64,000 nucleotides of DNA, taken from assembly GCF_964355755.1 (NCBI RefSeq), contig NC_092680.1, positions 11,036,001 to 11,100,000 of the forward strand. Reading direction: 5' to 3'. Every line of letters begins with the position of its first letter. Positions within the stretch are counted from its first letter, which is position 1. The stretch comes from Antedon mediterranea (taxonomy: Eukaryota; Animalia; Echinodermata). This document shows positions 30,001 through 42,262 of this stretch, one piece after another. The position numbers and the translations under genes were made by a program. The notes under the pieces are model-generated. The model ran no database searches and was not told where the DNA came from. It saw only the letters and a list, made by a program, of their open reading frames with translations.

Positions 30001-33000
30001 AGCTATTTTGTGCACTTTTATGTTTTGTGTGAAAAAGTTTTGTCGAAATTCTCAAAATGGTCTAAAACGTTTTTAAATACGATATTAAGCTGTTTTGTGC
30101 ACTTTGATGATTTGTGTGAAAAGTTTTAACGAAATGCTCAAAATGGTCAAAAACGGTTTCTAATGTGATTTTAAGCACTTTGATGTTTTTGTGTAACCAA
30201 GTTTTTTCAAAAATCACAAAATGGTCTAAAACGTCTCCAAATGCGATTTGAAGCTTTTCTAAGCACTTTTGTGTTTTTATGTTAACAAGTTTTTTTCGAA
30301 AATCACAAAATGGTCTAAAACGTCTTCAAATGCGATTTGAAGATATTCTGAGCACTTTGGTGTTTTTATGTTAAAAAGTTTTTTCGAAAATCACAAAATA
30401 GTCTAAAACGTCTCCAAATGCGATTTGAAGCTATTCTGTACACTTTGATGTTTTGTGTGAAAAAGTTTTGTCAAAATGCTCAAAATGGTCTAAAACGTTT
30501 TTAAAACGATATTAAGCTATTTTGTGCTCTTTGATGTTTTTGTGTAACCAAGTTTCATCGAAAATCACAAAATGGTCTAAAACGTCTCCAAATGCGATTT
30601 GAAGCTTTTCTAAGCACTTTGGTGTTTTTATGTTAACAAGTTTTTTCGAAAATCTTGAAATGGTCTAAAATGTCTCCAAATGCGATTTGAAGATATTCTG
30701 AGCACTTTGGTGTTTTTATGTTAAAAAGTTTTTTCGAAAATCACAAAATGGTCTAAAACGTCTCCAAATGCGATTTGAAGCTCTTCTGTACACTTTGATG
30801 TTTTGTGTGAAAAAGATTTGTCGATATGCTCAAAATGGTCTAAAACGTTTTTAAATACGATATTAAGCTGTTTTGTGCACTTTAATGATTTGTGTGAAAA
30901 GTTTTACGAAATGCTCAAAATGGTCTAAAACGGTTTCTAATGTGATTTTAAGCACTTTGATGTTTTTGTGTAACCAAGTTTTTTCGAAAATCACAAAATG
31001 GTCTAAAACGTCTCCAAATGCGATTTGAGGATATTCTGAGCACTTTGGTGTTTTTATGTTAAAAAGTTTTTTCGAAAATCACAAAATGGTCTAAAACGTC
31101 TCCAAATGCGATTTGAAGCTATTCTGTACACTTTGATGTTTTGTGTGAAAAAGTTTTGTCGAAATGCTCAAAATGGTCTAAAACGTTTTTAAAACGATAT
31201 TAAGCTATTTTGTGCTCTTTGATGTTTTTGTGTAACCAAGTTTCATCGAAATCAACAAAATGGTCTAATACGTCTCCAAATGTGATTTGAAGTTTTTCCA
31301 AGCACTTTGCTGTTTTTATGTTAACAAGTTTTTTCGAAAATCACAAAATGGTCTAAAACGTCTTCAAATGCGATTTGAAGCTATTCTGTACACTTTGATG
31401 TTTTGTGTGAAAAAGTTTTGTCGAAATGCTCAAAATGGTCTAAAACGTTTTTAAATACGATATAAAGCTATTTTGTGATCTTTGATGTTTTTGTGTGAAA
31501 AGTTTTATCGAAATGCTCAAAATGGTCTAAAACGGTTTCTAATGCGATTTGAAGCTATTCTGTACCCTTTGAAGTTTTTTGTGAAAAAGTTTTCTCGAAA
31601 TGCTCAAAATGGTCTAAAAAGTTTTTATATACCATATTAAGCTATTTTGTGCATTTTGATGTTTTTTGTGAAAAGTTTTATCGAAATGCTCAAAATGGTC
31701 TAAAACGGTTTCTATTGGGATTTTAAGCACTTTGATGATTTTGTGTAACCAAGTTTCATCGAAATGTACAAAATGGTCTAAAACGTCTCCAAATGCGATT
31801 TGAAGCTATTCTAAGTACTTTTGTGTTTTTATGTTAACAAGTTTTTTCGAAAATCACAAAATGGTCTAAAACGTCTTCAAATGCGATTTGAAGCTATTCT
31901 GTACACTTTTATGTTTTGTGTGAAAAAGTTTTGTCGAAATTCTCAAAATGGTCTAAAACGTTTTTAAATACGATATTAAGCTGTTTTGTGCACTTTGATG
32001 ATTTGTGTGAAAAGTTTTAACGAAATGCTCAAAATGGTCAAAAACGGTTTCTAATGTGATTTTAAGCACTTTGATGTTTTTGTGTAACCAAGTTTTTTCA
32101 AAAATCACAAAATGGTCTAAAACGTCTCCAAATGCGATTTGAAGCTTTTCTAAGCACTTTGGTGTTTTTATGTTAACAAGTTTTTTCGAAAATCACAAAA
32201 TGGTCTAAAACGTCTCCAAATGCGATTTGAAGATATTCTGAGCACTTTGGTGTTTTTATGTTAAAAAGTTTTTTCGAAAATCACAAAATAGTCTAAAACG
32301 TCTCCAAATGCGATTTGAAGCTATTCTGTACACTTTGATGTTTTGTGTGAAAAAGTTTTGTCGAAATGCTCAAAATGGTCTAAAACGTTTTTAAAACGAT
32401 ATTAAGCTATTTTGTGCTCTTTGATGTTTTTGTGTAACCAAGTTTCATCGAAAATCACAAAATGGTCTAAAACGTCTCAAAATGCGATTTGAAGCTTTTC
32501 TAAGCACTTTGGTGTTTTTATGTTAACAAGTTTTTTCGAAAATCACAAAATGGTCTAAAACGTCTCCAAATGCGATTTGAAGATATTCTGAGCACTTTGG
32601 TGTTTTTATGTTAAAAAGTTTTTTCGAAAATCACAAAATAGTCTAAAACGTCTCCAAATGCGATTTGAAGCTATTCTGTACACTTTGATGTTTTGTGTGA
32701 AAAAGTTTTGTCGAAATGCTCAAAATGGTCTAAAACGTTTTTAAAACGATATTAAGCTATTTTGTGCTCTTTGATGTTTTTGTGTAACCAAGTTTCATCG
32801 AAAATCACAAAATGGTCTAAAACGTCTCAAAATGCGATTTGAAGCTTTTCTAAGCACTTTGGTGTTTTTATGTTAACAAGTTTTTTCGAAAATCACGAAA
32901 TGGTCTAAAATGTCTCCAAATGCGATTTGAAGATATTCTGAGCACTTTGGTGTTTTTATGTTAAAAAGTTTTTTCGAAAATCACAAAATGGTCTAAAACG

Positions 33001-36000
33001 TCTCCAAATGCGATTTGAAGCTCTTCTGTACACTTTGATGTTTTGTGTGAAAAAGTTTTGTCGAAATGCTCAAAATGGTCTAAAACGTTTTTAAATACGA
33101 TATTAAGCTGTTTTGTGCACTTTGATGATTTGTGTGAAAAGTTTTAACGAAATGCTCAAAATGGTCTAAAACGGTTTCTAATGTGATTTTAAGCACTTTG
33201 ATGTTTTTGTGTAACCAAGTTTTATCGAAAATCACAAAATAGTCTAAAACGTCTCCAAATGCGATTTGAAGCTTTTCTAAGCACTTTGGTGTTTTTATGT
33301 TAACAAGTTTTTTCGAAAATCACAAAATGGTCTAAAACGTCTCCAAATGCGATTTGAGGATATTCTGAGCACTTTGGTGTTTTTTTGTTAAAAAGTTTTT
33401 TCGAAAATCACAAAATGGTCTAAAACGTCTCCAAATGCGATTTGAAGCTATTCTGTACACTTTGATGTTTTGTGTGAAAAAGTTTTGTCGAAATGCTCAA
33501 AATGGTCTAAAACATTTTTAAATACGATATTAAGCTATTTTGTGATCTTTGATGTTTTTGTGTGAAAAGTTTTATCGAAATGCTCAAAATGGTCTAAAAC
33601 GGTTTCTATTGTGATTTTAAGCACTTTGATGATTTTGTGTAACCAAGTTTCATCGAAATGTACAAAATGGTCTAAAACGTCTCCAAATGCGATTTGAAGC
33701 TATTCTAAGTACTTTTGTGTTTTTATGTTAACAAGTTTTTTCGAAAATCACAAAATGGTCTAAAACGTCTTCAAATGCGATTTGAAGCTATTCTGTACAC
33801 TTTGATGTTTTGTGTGAAAAAGTTTTGTCAAAATGCTCAAAATGGTCTAAAACGTTTTTAAAACGATATTAAGCTATTTTGTGCTCTTTGATGTTTTTGT
33901 GTAACCAAGTTTCATCGAAAATCACAACATGGTCTAAAACGTCTCCAAATGCGATTTGAAGCTTTTCTAAGCACTTTGGTGTTTTTATGTTAACAAGTTT
34001 TTTCGAAAATCACAAAATGGTCTAAAACGTCTCCAAATGCGATTTGAAGCTCTTCTGTACACTTTGATGTTTTGTTTGAAAAAGTTTTGTCGAAATTCTC
34101 AAAATGGTCTAAAACGTTTTTAAATACGATATTAAGCTGTTTTGTGCACTTTGATGATTTGTGTGAAAAGTTTTAACGAAATGCTCAAAATGGTCTAAAA
34201 CGGTTTCTAATGTGATTTTAAGCACTTTGATGTTTTTGTGTAACCAAGTTTTTTCGAAAATCACAAAATAGTCTAAAACGTCTCCAAATGCGATTTGAAG
34301 CTTTTCTAAGCACTTTGGTGTTTTTATGTTAACAAGTTTTTTCGAAAATCACAAAATGGTCTAAAACGTCTCCAAATGCGATTTGAAGCTTTTCTAAGCA
34401 CTTTGGTGTTTTTATGTTAACAAGTTTTTTCGAAAATCTTGAAATGGTCTAAAATGTCTCCAAATGCGATTTGAAGATATTCTGAGCACTTTGGTGTTTT
34501 TATGTTAAAAAGTTTTTTCGAAAATCACAAAATGGTCTAAAACGTCTCCAAATGCGATTTGAAGCTCTTCTGTACACTTTGATGTTTTGTGTGAAAAAGA
34601 TTTGTCGATATGCTCAAAATGGTCTAAAACGTTTTTAAATACGATATTAAGCTGTTTTGTGCACTTTAATGATTTGTGTGAAAAGTTTTACGAAATGCTC
34701 AAAATGGTCTAAAACGGTTTCTAATGTGATTTTAAGCACTTTGATGTTTTTGTGTAACCAAGTTTTTTCGAAAATCACAAAATGGTCTAAAACATCTCCA
34801 AATGCGATTTCAAGCTTTTCTAAGCACTTTGGTGTTTTTATGTTAACAAGTTTTTTCGAAAATCACAAAATGGTCTAAAACGTCTCCAAATGCGATTTGA
34901 AGCTTTTCTAAGCACTTTGGTGTTTTTATGTTAACAAGTTTTTTCGAAAATCTTGAAATGGTCTAAAATGTCTCCAAATGCTATTTGAAGATATTCTGAG
35001 CACTTTGGTGTTTTTATGTTAAAAAGTTTTTTCGAAAATCACAAAATGGTCTAAAACGTCTCCAAATGCGATTTGAAGCTCTTCTGTACACTTTTATGTT
35101 TTGTGTGAAAAAGATTTGTCGATATGCTCAAAATGGTCTAAAACGTTTTTAAATACGATATTAAGCTGTTTTGTGCACTTTAATGATTTGTGTGAAAAGT
35201 TTTACGAAATGCTCAAAATGGTCTAAAACGGTTTCTAATGTGATTTTAAGCACTTTGATGTTTTTGTGTAACCAAGTTTCATCGAAAATCACAAAATGGT
35301 CTAAAACGTCTCCAAATGCGATTTGAAGCTTTTCTAAGCACTTTGGTGTTTTTATGTTAAAAAGTTTTTTCGAAAATCACAAAATAGTCTAAAACGTCTC
35401 CAAATGCGATTTGAAGCTATTCTGTACACTTTGATGTTTTGTGTGAAAAAGTTTTGTCAAAATGCTCAAAATGGTCTAAAACGTTTTTAAAACGATATTA
35501 AGCTATTTTGTGCTCTTTGATGTTTTTGTGTAACCAAGTTTCATCGAAAATCACAAAATGGTCTAAAACGTCTCCAAATGCGATTTGAAGCTTTTCTAAG
35601 CACTTTGGTGTTTTTATGTTAACAAGTTTTTTCGAAAATCACGAAATGGTCTAAAATGTCTCCAAATGCGATTTGAAGATATTCTGAGCACTTAGATGTT
35701 TTTGTGTGAAAAGTTTTATCGAAATGCTCAAAATGGTCTAAAACGGTTTCTAATGCGATTTGAAGCTATTCTGTACACTTTGAAGTTTTTTGTGAAAAAG
35801 GTTTCTCGAAATGCTCAAAATGGTCTAAAACGTTTTTATATACCATATTAAGCTATTTTGTGCACTTTTATGTTTTGTGTGAAAAAGTTTTGTCGAAATT
35901 CTCAAAATGGTCTAAAACGTTTTTAAATACGATATTAAGCTGTTTTGTGCACTTTGATGATTTGTGTGAAAAGTTTTAACGAAATGCTCAAAATGGTCAA

Positions 36001-37365
36001 AAACGGTTTCTAATGTGATTTTAAGCACTTTGATGTTTTTGTGTAACCAAGTTTTTTCAAAAATCACAAAATGGTCTAAAACGTCTCCAAATGCGATTTG
36101 AAGCTTTTCTAAGCACTTTTGTGTTTTTATGTTAACAAGTTTTTTCGAAAATCACAAAATGGTCTAAAACGTCTTCAAATGCGATTTGAAGATATTCTGA
36201 GCACTTTGGTGTTTTTATGTTAAAAAGTTTTTTCGAAAATCACAAAATAGTCTAAAACGTCTCCAAATGCGATTTGAAGCTATTCTGTACACTTTGATGT
36301 TTTTGTGAAAAAGTTTTGTCGAAATGCTCAAAATGGTCTAAAACGTTTTTAAATACGATATTAAGCTGTTTTGTGCAGTTTGATGATTTGTGTGAAAAGT
36401 TTTAACGAAATGCTCAAAATGGTCTAAAACGGTTTCTAATGCGATTTGAAGCTATTCTGTACACTTTGAAGTTTTTTGTGAAAAAGTTTTCTCGAAATGC
36501 TCAAAATGGTCTAAAACGTTTTTATATACCATATTAAGCTATTTTGTGCACTTTGATGTTTTTTGTGAAAAGTTTTATCGAAATGCTCAAAATGGTCTGA
36601 AACGGTTTCTATTGTGATTTTAAGCACTTTGATGATTTTGTGTAACCAAGTTTCATCGAAATGTACAAAATGGTCTAAAACGTCTCCAAATGCGATTTGA
36701 AGCTATTCTAAGTACTTTTGTGTTTTTATGTTAACAAGTTTTTTCGAAAATCACGAAATGGTCTAAAATGTCTCCAAATGCGATTTGAAGATATTCTGAG
36801 CACTTTGGTGTTTTTATGTTAAAAAGTTTTGTCGAAATGCTCAAAATGGTCTAAAACGTTTTTAAATACGATATTAAGCTATTTTGTGATCTTTGATGTT
36901 TTTGTGTGAAAAGTTTTATCGAAATGCTCAAAATGGTCTGAAACGGTTTCTAATGCGATTTGAAGCTATTCTGTACACTTTGAAGTTTTTTGTGAAAAAG
37001 TTTTCTCGAAATTCTCAAAATGGTCTAAAACGTTTTTATATACCATATTAAGCTATTTTGTGCACTTTGATGTTTTTTGTGAAAAGTTTTATCGAAATGC
37101 TCAAAATGGTCTAAAACGGTTTCTATTGTGATTTTAAGCACTTTGATGATTTTGTGTAACCAAGTTTCATCGAAATGTACAAAATGGTCTAAAACGTCTC
37201 CAAATGCGATTTGAAGCTATTCTAAGTACTTTTGTGGTTTTATGTTAACAAGTTTTTTCGAAAATCACGAAATGGTCTAAAACGTCTTCAAATGCGATTT
37301 GAAGCTATTCTGTACACTTTGATGTTTTGTGTGAAAAAGTTTTCTCGAAATGCTTAAATACGATA
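1..37365. repeat. Satellite DNA array (left arm), monomers 78-88 bp with variable higher-order organisation; possibly (peri)centromeric
   Basis: AAAATGGTCTAAAACG recurs head-to-tail; measured spacings 70->156 (86), 156->234 (78), 234->321 (87); an 88-bp type is also common. No unique sequence. A centromeric role is inference only. Confidence 0.97.
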
Positions 37366-37482
37366 ATCAAGAATTGGGTTGTGAACACAATTCTATTTTG
37401 AGAACGGAGAGGGCGGGTTTTCGACCTCTTTGATCAAGCACGCTCTCTGTTAACACGATCACTTTAAGTTGAAGACAAATTT
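37366..37482 (+). repeat. Split direct repeat A1 (117 bp)
   Basis: ATCAAGAATTGGG…GACAAATTT matches 45079-45195 with one mismatch seen (C37441 vs A45154). Confidence 0.95.
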
Positions 37483-37533
37483 TCTTATTTTTCCATCACC
37501 GATTTCCATCCTAACACGACAACTTTTTTACAA

Positions 37534-39306
37534 GTAAGTTTTCTAACAATCCGGCACCTTATGCGACACAACTCAGTTACTCATAATTTCCACGACTACA
37601 AATACAGCCCTTTCCGTTATGGAAAGTCTACCTATGTACTGTATGTGTGGTAACGTGAGTGCATTTTAGGGTGTGTCCGGACTGGTGTGATTCCAGTTTA
37701 CACGAGGGCCAACTGTATTAATGTTCGGTCGCCATTGTGATTTAACACACGTTTTTTGTTTTTTGTTTTTGTTTTGTTTTTTTTTTACTTTATACATATA
37801 ACATTATATATATTATATATACATATATATATATATTTCTGTATACTTATACACATAATTATTCTCTTATATGTCGTGCGATGATTGACTCGCACATGAA
37901 TCGTATATGTCGTGCGATAATGACTCGCACATTCACTTTCGCCTTAGTCGAAGACAAGGTACATACATAAATCATCTTGTATGTCGTGCGATTAACGACT
38001 CGCACATGAATTTTATATGTCGTGCGATAATGACTCGCACATTTACTTTCGCCTTAGTCGAAGACAAGGCCCATACGTAAATCCTCTTATATGTCGTGCG
38101 ATTAACGACTCGCACATGAATTTTATATGTCGTGCGATAATGACTCGCACATTTACTTTCGCCTTAGTCGAAGACAAGGCCCATACGTAAATTCTCTTGT
38201 ATGTCGTGCGATTAACGACTCGCACATGAATTTTATATGTCGTGCGATAATGACTCGCACATTTACTTTTGCCTTAGTCGAAGACAAGGTACATACATAA
38301 ATTCTCTTGTATGTCGTGCGATTAACGACTCGCACATGAATTTTATATGTCGTGCGATAATGACTCGCACATTTACTTTCGCCTTAGTCGAAGACAAGGC
38401 CCATACGTAAATCCTCTTATATGTCGTGCGATTAACGACTCGCACATGAATTTTATAAGTCGTGCGATAATGACTCGCACATTCACTTTCGCCTTAGTCG
38501 AAGATAAGGTACATACATAAATTCTCTTGTATGTCGTGCGATTAACGACTCGCACATGAATTTTATATGTCGTGCGATAAAGACTCGCACATTTACTTTC
38601 GCCTTAGTCGAAGACAAGGCACATACATAAATTCTCTTGTATGTCGTGCGATTAACGACTCGCACATGAATTTTATATGTCGTGCGATAATGACTCGCAC
38701 ATTTACTTTCGCCTTAGTCGATGACAAGGCCCATTCAAAAATCCACTCGTAGGGAGATATTAACGACACAAACATTTTTGTGATAAAAGCTCTTTTAACA
38801 GTACTGTATCAGGTTCGGGCCAAAGAGTACGATTTATACTGAAATCAGGCGTGCTTTAACTGACAGGCACTATAGTAACCGCAACCCACATTACACATTG
38901 GTATTGTATGTCGGGCGATAACAGACTAGCATTTTCGCCTTAGTAATCAGATATTAAAACTTCCAGTATCCAGTTTTCCCTACTGTGTGATATATTTACT
39001 AAGGACACTGTTGCTTATTTATTTCATTTATATACATTAGGTCAAAATGACGAGTTAAATTCTAGTTTTAATAATATATGTTATTTTATATATATATTAA
39101 TATATACACACTTCCACTTCTTAGTAAAAAAAAATATAAGCTAACTTTCTATATTAACGTCTACGAACTGAAGTTTGAATTCAGCCTAGCTCCATTATAC
39201 ATATGTATAATACCTATAAAAATTATATCGAACGGCAATACATACTACGTTTGGTAAACATTATTAACATTTTGTTGTATTGTCTTCTTATATCGATTTC
39301 TGCTAG
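37534..39306 (+). other. Putative 5'-UTR intron of the Ngaro transcript
   Basis: Donor CAA|GTAAGT at 37534; pyrimidine-rich acceptor TCTTCTTATATCGATTTCTGCTAG| ending 39306, 9 nt before the gag ATG; upstream exon has no ATG whereas the intron has many. Inference only. Confidence 0.5.
37861..38740. repeat. 110-bp tandem repeat, 8 copies, three hairpins per unit
   Basis: Units start at 37861, 37971, 38081, 38191, 38301, 38411, 38521, 38631; internal GTGCGA…TCGCAC twice and GCCTTAGTC-GAA-GACAAGGC; degenerate partial copy near 38905-38943. Confidence 0.93.
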
Positions 39307-39315
39307 GGGTTCATA

Positions 39316-40512
39316 ATGGCCAAACGGACAGCACGTAAGACACAGAAACAACAAACAGCACCCAAACAATCCAACAGCACTTCTGGGGCTTCTGGTGCAC
39401 CAAAAAGGAAAGCACAAACTACACCTAAACAACTAGCTAAGAAGAAAAAGCTCCCTACCACTGCTTCTACCAGTAGGCCTACAGCTAATACTGACACAAG
39501 TAACGTTTCGGCGGTTCCCGCCGAGGTCTCGGAAAGGCTGGAAAAAATGGAGCACATGATTTCTGGATTGGCCGAGGTAGTTACTAATTTGAGTAAGTGT
39601 GGGGAGTCTAATATAGGCATATCCGATACCACTACTACAATAGCTAACGACGGAGAACTAAACAGCACTCGGTTCTTCGACGACACAACACCAAGTAGGC
39701 CTAATATATCAGATATTGCCATGCCACTCACTCAAGCACCAGACACTATTGCCACACCAGCTAAAGACACATTTATTCCATATACTATTGTTGAAAGAGA
39801 TGCAGCTCAAAACCCCCTCCGGTATACCGGGGGAATTAAGGCCGGAGCTTTGGTCCCTGACAAATTAAAAATAAAAATTAAAGACCAAAAATATGTTGAA
39901 TTTTCAGATATCGTTAACCCAGACGATAGCGATACATTCGCGTTACAGTTCAACGGGGGCCTTGAAATGGTGCCAAAAAAGAAAAAACGATTCTTGTCAG
40001 AACATGAATGGTCCATGGCATTTTACGACTTCGCCACCATACACCTAAGCTATCACCCTACCGATATGCAAGACATTTTCACTTACGCAAAGCAAATTCA
40101 AATCATGATGCGAAACAACGCACAAAATTGGCGGTCATACGATGAGGCTTTTCGGAGAGCTAGGGAACATACCAAATGCTCATGGGCCACAGTACGGGGC
40201 GACCTTATTCACAACTTAATGCTACAACGCTATCGCCCACAAAGTCATTTTCGGGGCTTTAACACCCCACCTTTCAACAGGAAGACCACCGATTCCCAAA
40301 TACCACTCGGATACTGCCAAGCATACCACACCCCAGCGCGAAAGTGCTCACAACCATACCGCTGTAAGTTCTCTCATAAATGCTTTAAATGCTCCGAAGA
40401 CAGGCCACACCCATATTTCCTGTGCAAACGAGATACAAATCAATCACGACACCCATCAACAACAACAACATCCCCTGCTAACCCCACTGCCAACCCCCCT
40501 AAGGGTAGATAA
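39316..40512 (+). CDS. Gag-like ORF1 of Ngaro element (398 aa)
   Basis: Intact ORF; basic N-terminus with KKKK; WRSYDEAFRR motif typical of YR-retroelement Gag; C-terminal Cys/His cluster CQAYH…CSQPYRCKFSHKCFKC…HPYFLC. Confidence 0.88.
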   Translation: MAKRTARKTQKQQTAPKQSNSTSGASGAPKRKAQTTPKQLAKKKKLPTTASTSRPTANTDTSNVSAVPAEVSERLEKMEHMISGLAEVVTNLSKCGESNIGISDTTTTIANDGELNSTRFFDDTTPSRPNISDIAMPLTQAPDTIATPAKDTFIPYTIVERDAAQNPLRYTGGIKAGALVPDKLKIKIKDQKYVEFSDIVNPDDSDTFALQFNGGLEMVPKKKKRFLSEHEWSMAFYDFATIHLSYHPTDMQDIFTYAKQIQIMMRNNAQNWRSYDEAFRRAREHTKCSWATVRGDLIHNLMLQRYRPQSHFRGFNTPPFNRKTTDSQIPLGYCQAYHTPARKCSQPYRCKFSHKCFKCSEDRPHPYFLCKRDTNQSRHPSTTTTSPANPTANPPKGR

Positions 40513-40751
40513 ACTCGAAACCCTTCTCTCGGGATGTTCCAACAAAGATTACCTCATTTCCGGCTTTAAAAATGGTTTTTTCCTGAATTACGACGGTCCT
40601 GAAGCCGGTTTTACTGCAAAAAATTCAGCATCGGCATTACAGAAACCTCAAATTATCCAACCGATGATTGCTAAAGAGATTGCTACAGGGCGTATCGCTG
40701 GCCCATTCGATTCGCCCCCATTTCTACATTTCAAATCGTCACCACTAAGTT
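40220..40751 (+). pseudogene. Ngaro pol 5' part (N-terminus of RT ORF), cut by LINE insertion
   Basis: Frame open after TAA at 40217-40219, +1 relative to gag and overlapping it; reads …LPTPLRVDKLETLL…GFKNGF…KEIATGRIAGPF…SSPLS, characteristic of DIRS/Ngaro RT N-termini; first ATG only at 40664. Confidence 0.82.
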
Positions 40752-42079
40752 ATCTCATTCATATGATCATGTCCTTACCGAACCCATCAAATGAATACGT
40801 AGTACGTCTTAATAATTTATTTTTTCGTTTTATTTGGCAAAACAAACCTGATAAAATAAACCGGCATCAGATGAAAAGTGATTACTTACATGGTGGATTA
40901 AGAATGGTAGATTTGAACTTTTTTTTTATGTCATTAAAAATAACTTGGTTGCGTAGAATTTTCAACAATAAATCCGAAGACAACCCAATATTTAAGCTAT
41001 TTAAGTACATAACAAATTTGTCTAACTCTATGCAACTTGAAACGAATTGTAAACGTCTGTCCAGCATTAGAGATAATGTTAAAATTCTCTTCTGGAAAGA
41101 GGTAATAGATGCATGGAGTAATTTTATTTCTATTCATTATCCAAAGTCTGTTGACGAGCTATTACGAATGCAAATTTGGAATAATGAAGTAATAAGAATA
41201 GGCAACGAATGTATAAGATATGGAAATTGGGAAAAAGCAGGTATTTTGTTTGTTAATGATTTGTTTAACAGCAATGGGCAATTTATGAATAAAAAAGAAG
41301 TCGAAGATACCTATGGTATTAAGATAAATTATATAAAATTAATAGGATTAAAAAGGCTTCTTAGGGAAAAATTTAACAATTTAATGATATGTGAAATTAA
41401 AAAAACAGTTTTGCCAGATATTCCATTTCACATAAAAGTACTCTTTCAACAAAGAAAGGGATGTCGTATTTTTTATGATGTTTTAAATAACTCAATGTTT
41501 AAATCATGGAAAGCACAAAAGAAATGGGCAGAAAATAAATTTGTATTCAATAACGAACAATGGAAAACAATCTACCTAGCTCCACATACGTGTACAATGA
41601 ATATTGCTTTAATATATTTTCAATATAAAATTGTAAATAGAATAATTGCAACAAATGAACAATTATTTAAAATGAATATAAAAGAAACTTCAATGTGCTC
41701 ATTTGGAGATGGTAAAATTGAAACCATTCAGCATTTGTTCTGTAATTGTCCAATAGTAAAAAGGATATGGAACCTCCTCCAGGAAAAAATTTCAGAAAAA
41801 ACTGGAGTGCAATTTATTTTTAGTAAAGAGAGCATAATTTTCGGATACCAAGATGCGCATCAGTTTTTTAATTTAAAAGCCATTAATGCAATTATTCTAA
41901 TTGTAAAATCATTTATTTATAAATGTAAACTAGTTAAATGTAAGCCAACTATCAAAATGGTTATGAACGAGTTAAAAAGGTTTTATGAAACAGAAAAATT
42001 TATTTATCATCAGAATTTTGAGGACAGTATTTTTAATAGAAAATGGATAAAATTAGAAGAATTTATAAATCAAATATAA
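40664..42079 (+). pseudogene. Chimeric ORF: Ngaro pol residues fused in frame to LINE ORF2 C-terminal fragment (post-RT region plus zf-RVT-like knuckle)
   Basis: After …SSPLS the protein reads YLIHMIMSLPNP…FIWQNK…GGLRMVD…WLRRI…FQYKIVNRII…CSFGDGKIETIQHLFCNC; no endonuclease or YADD RT core present. Confidence 0.85.
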
Positions 42080-42260
42080 AATGGTTTATAGAGTAGAATA
42101 ATTTTTATGAACCTTTATTTAATTTGTTAGATGGATATCTTTGTTGTTTTTGTTTGTTGCTTTTTATTTTAATTCTTTATTTGATTATGTTTTTCCTTTG
42201 TAATGTATTATATGATGAAATAAAAAAAAAAATAAATATTAAAAAAAAAAAAAAAAAAAA
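40752..42260 (+). mobile_element. 5'-truncated L1/Tx1-like non-LTR retrotransposon nested in Ngaro pol
   Basis: ORF2 C-terminal motifs, T-rich 3' UTR, AATAAA at 42219 and 42231, A20 tail 42241-42260, AAGTT duplicated at 40747-40751 and 42259-42263; more AT-rich than flanking Ngaro coding sequence. Confidence 0.92.
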
Positions 42261-42262
42261 GT

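Noticed and set aside
1-37365. CRISPR-like repeat/spacer appearance
   Set aside because: The variable parts are homologous variants of one monomer, not unique spacers; no cas genes; eukaryotic context.
38031-38740. Hammerhead ribozyme on the minus strand (stem GCCTT…AAGGC followed by GAAA)
   Set aside because: The required CUGANGA before the stem is absent (CGTATGG, TGTATGT or TGAATGG instead) and no convincing stem III was found.
38043-38775. 60-aa ORFs on both strands of the 110-bp repeat
   Set aside because: Products of repeat periodicity; 110 is not a multiple of 3.
39577-39582. Alternative donor GAG|GTAGTT in gag
   Set aside because: Weaker match to consensus and phase 0, out of frame with both acceptors.
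40664-42079. A single novel 471-aa gene or extra native domain of the element
   Set aside because: TSD, poly(A) tail and perfect restoration of the RT motif show it is a nested LINE fragment.
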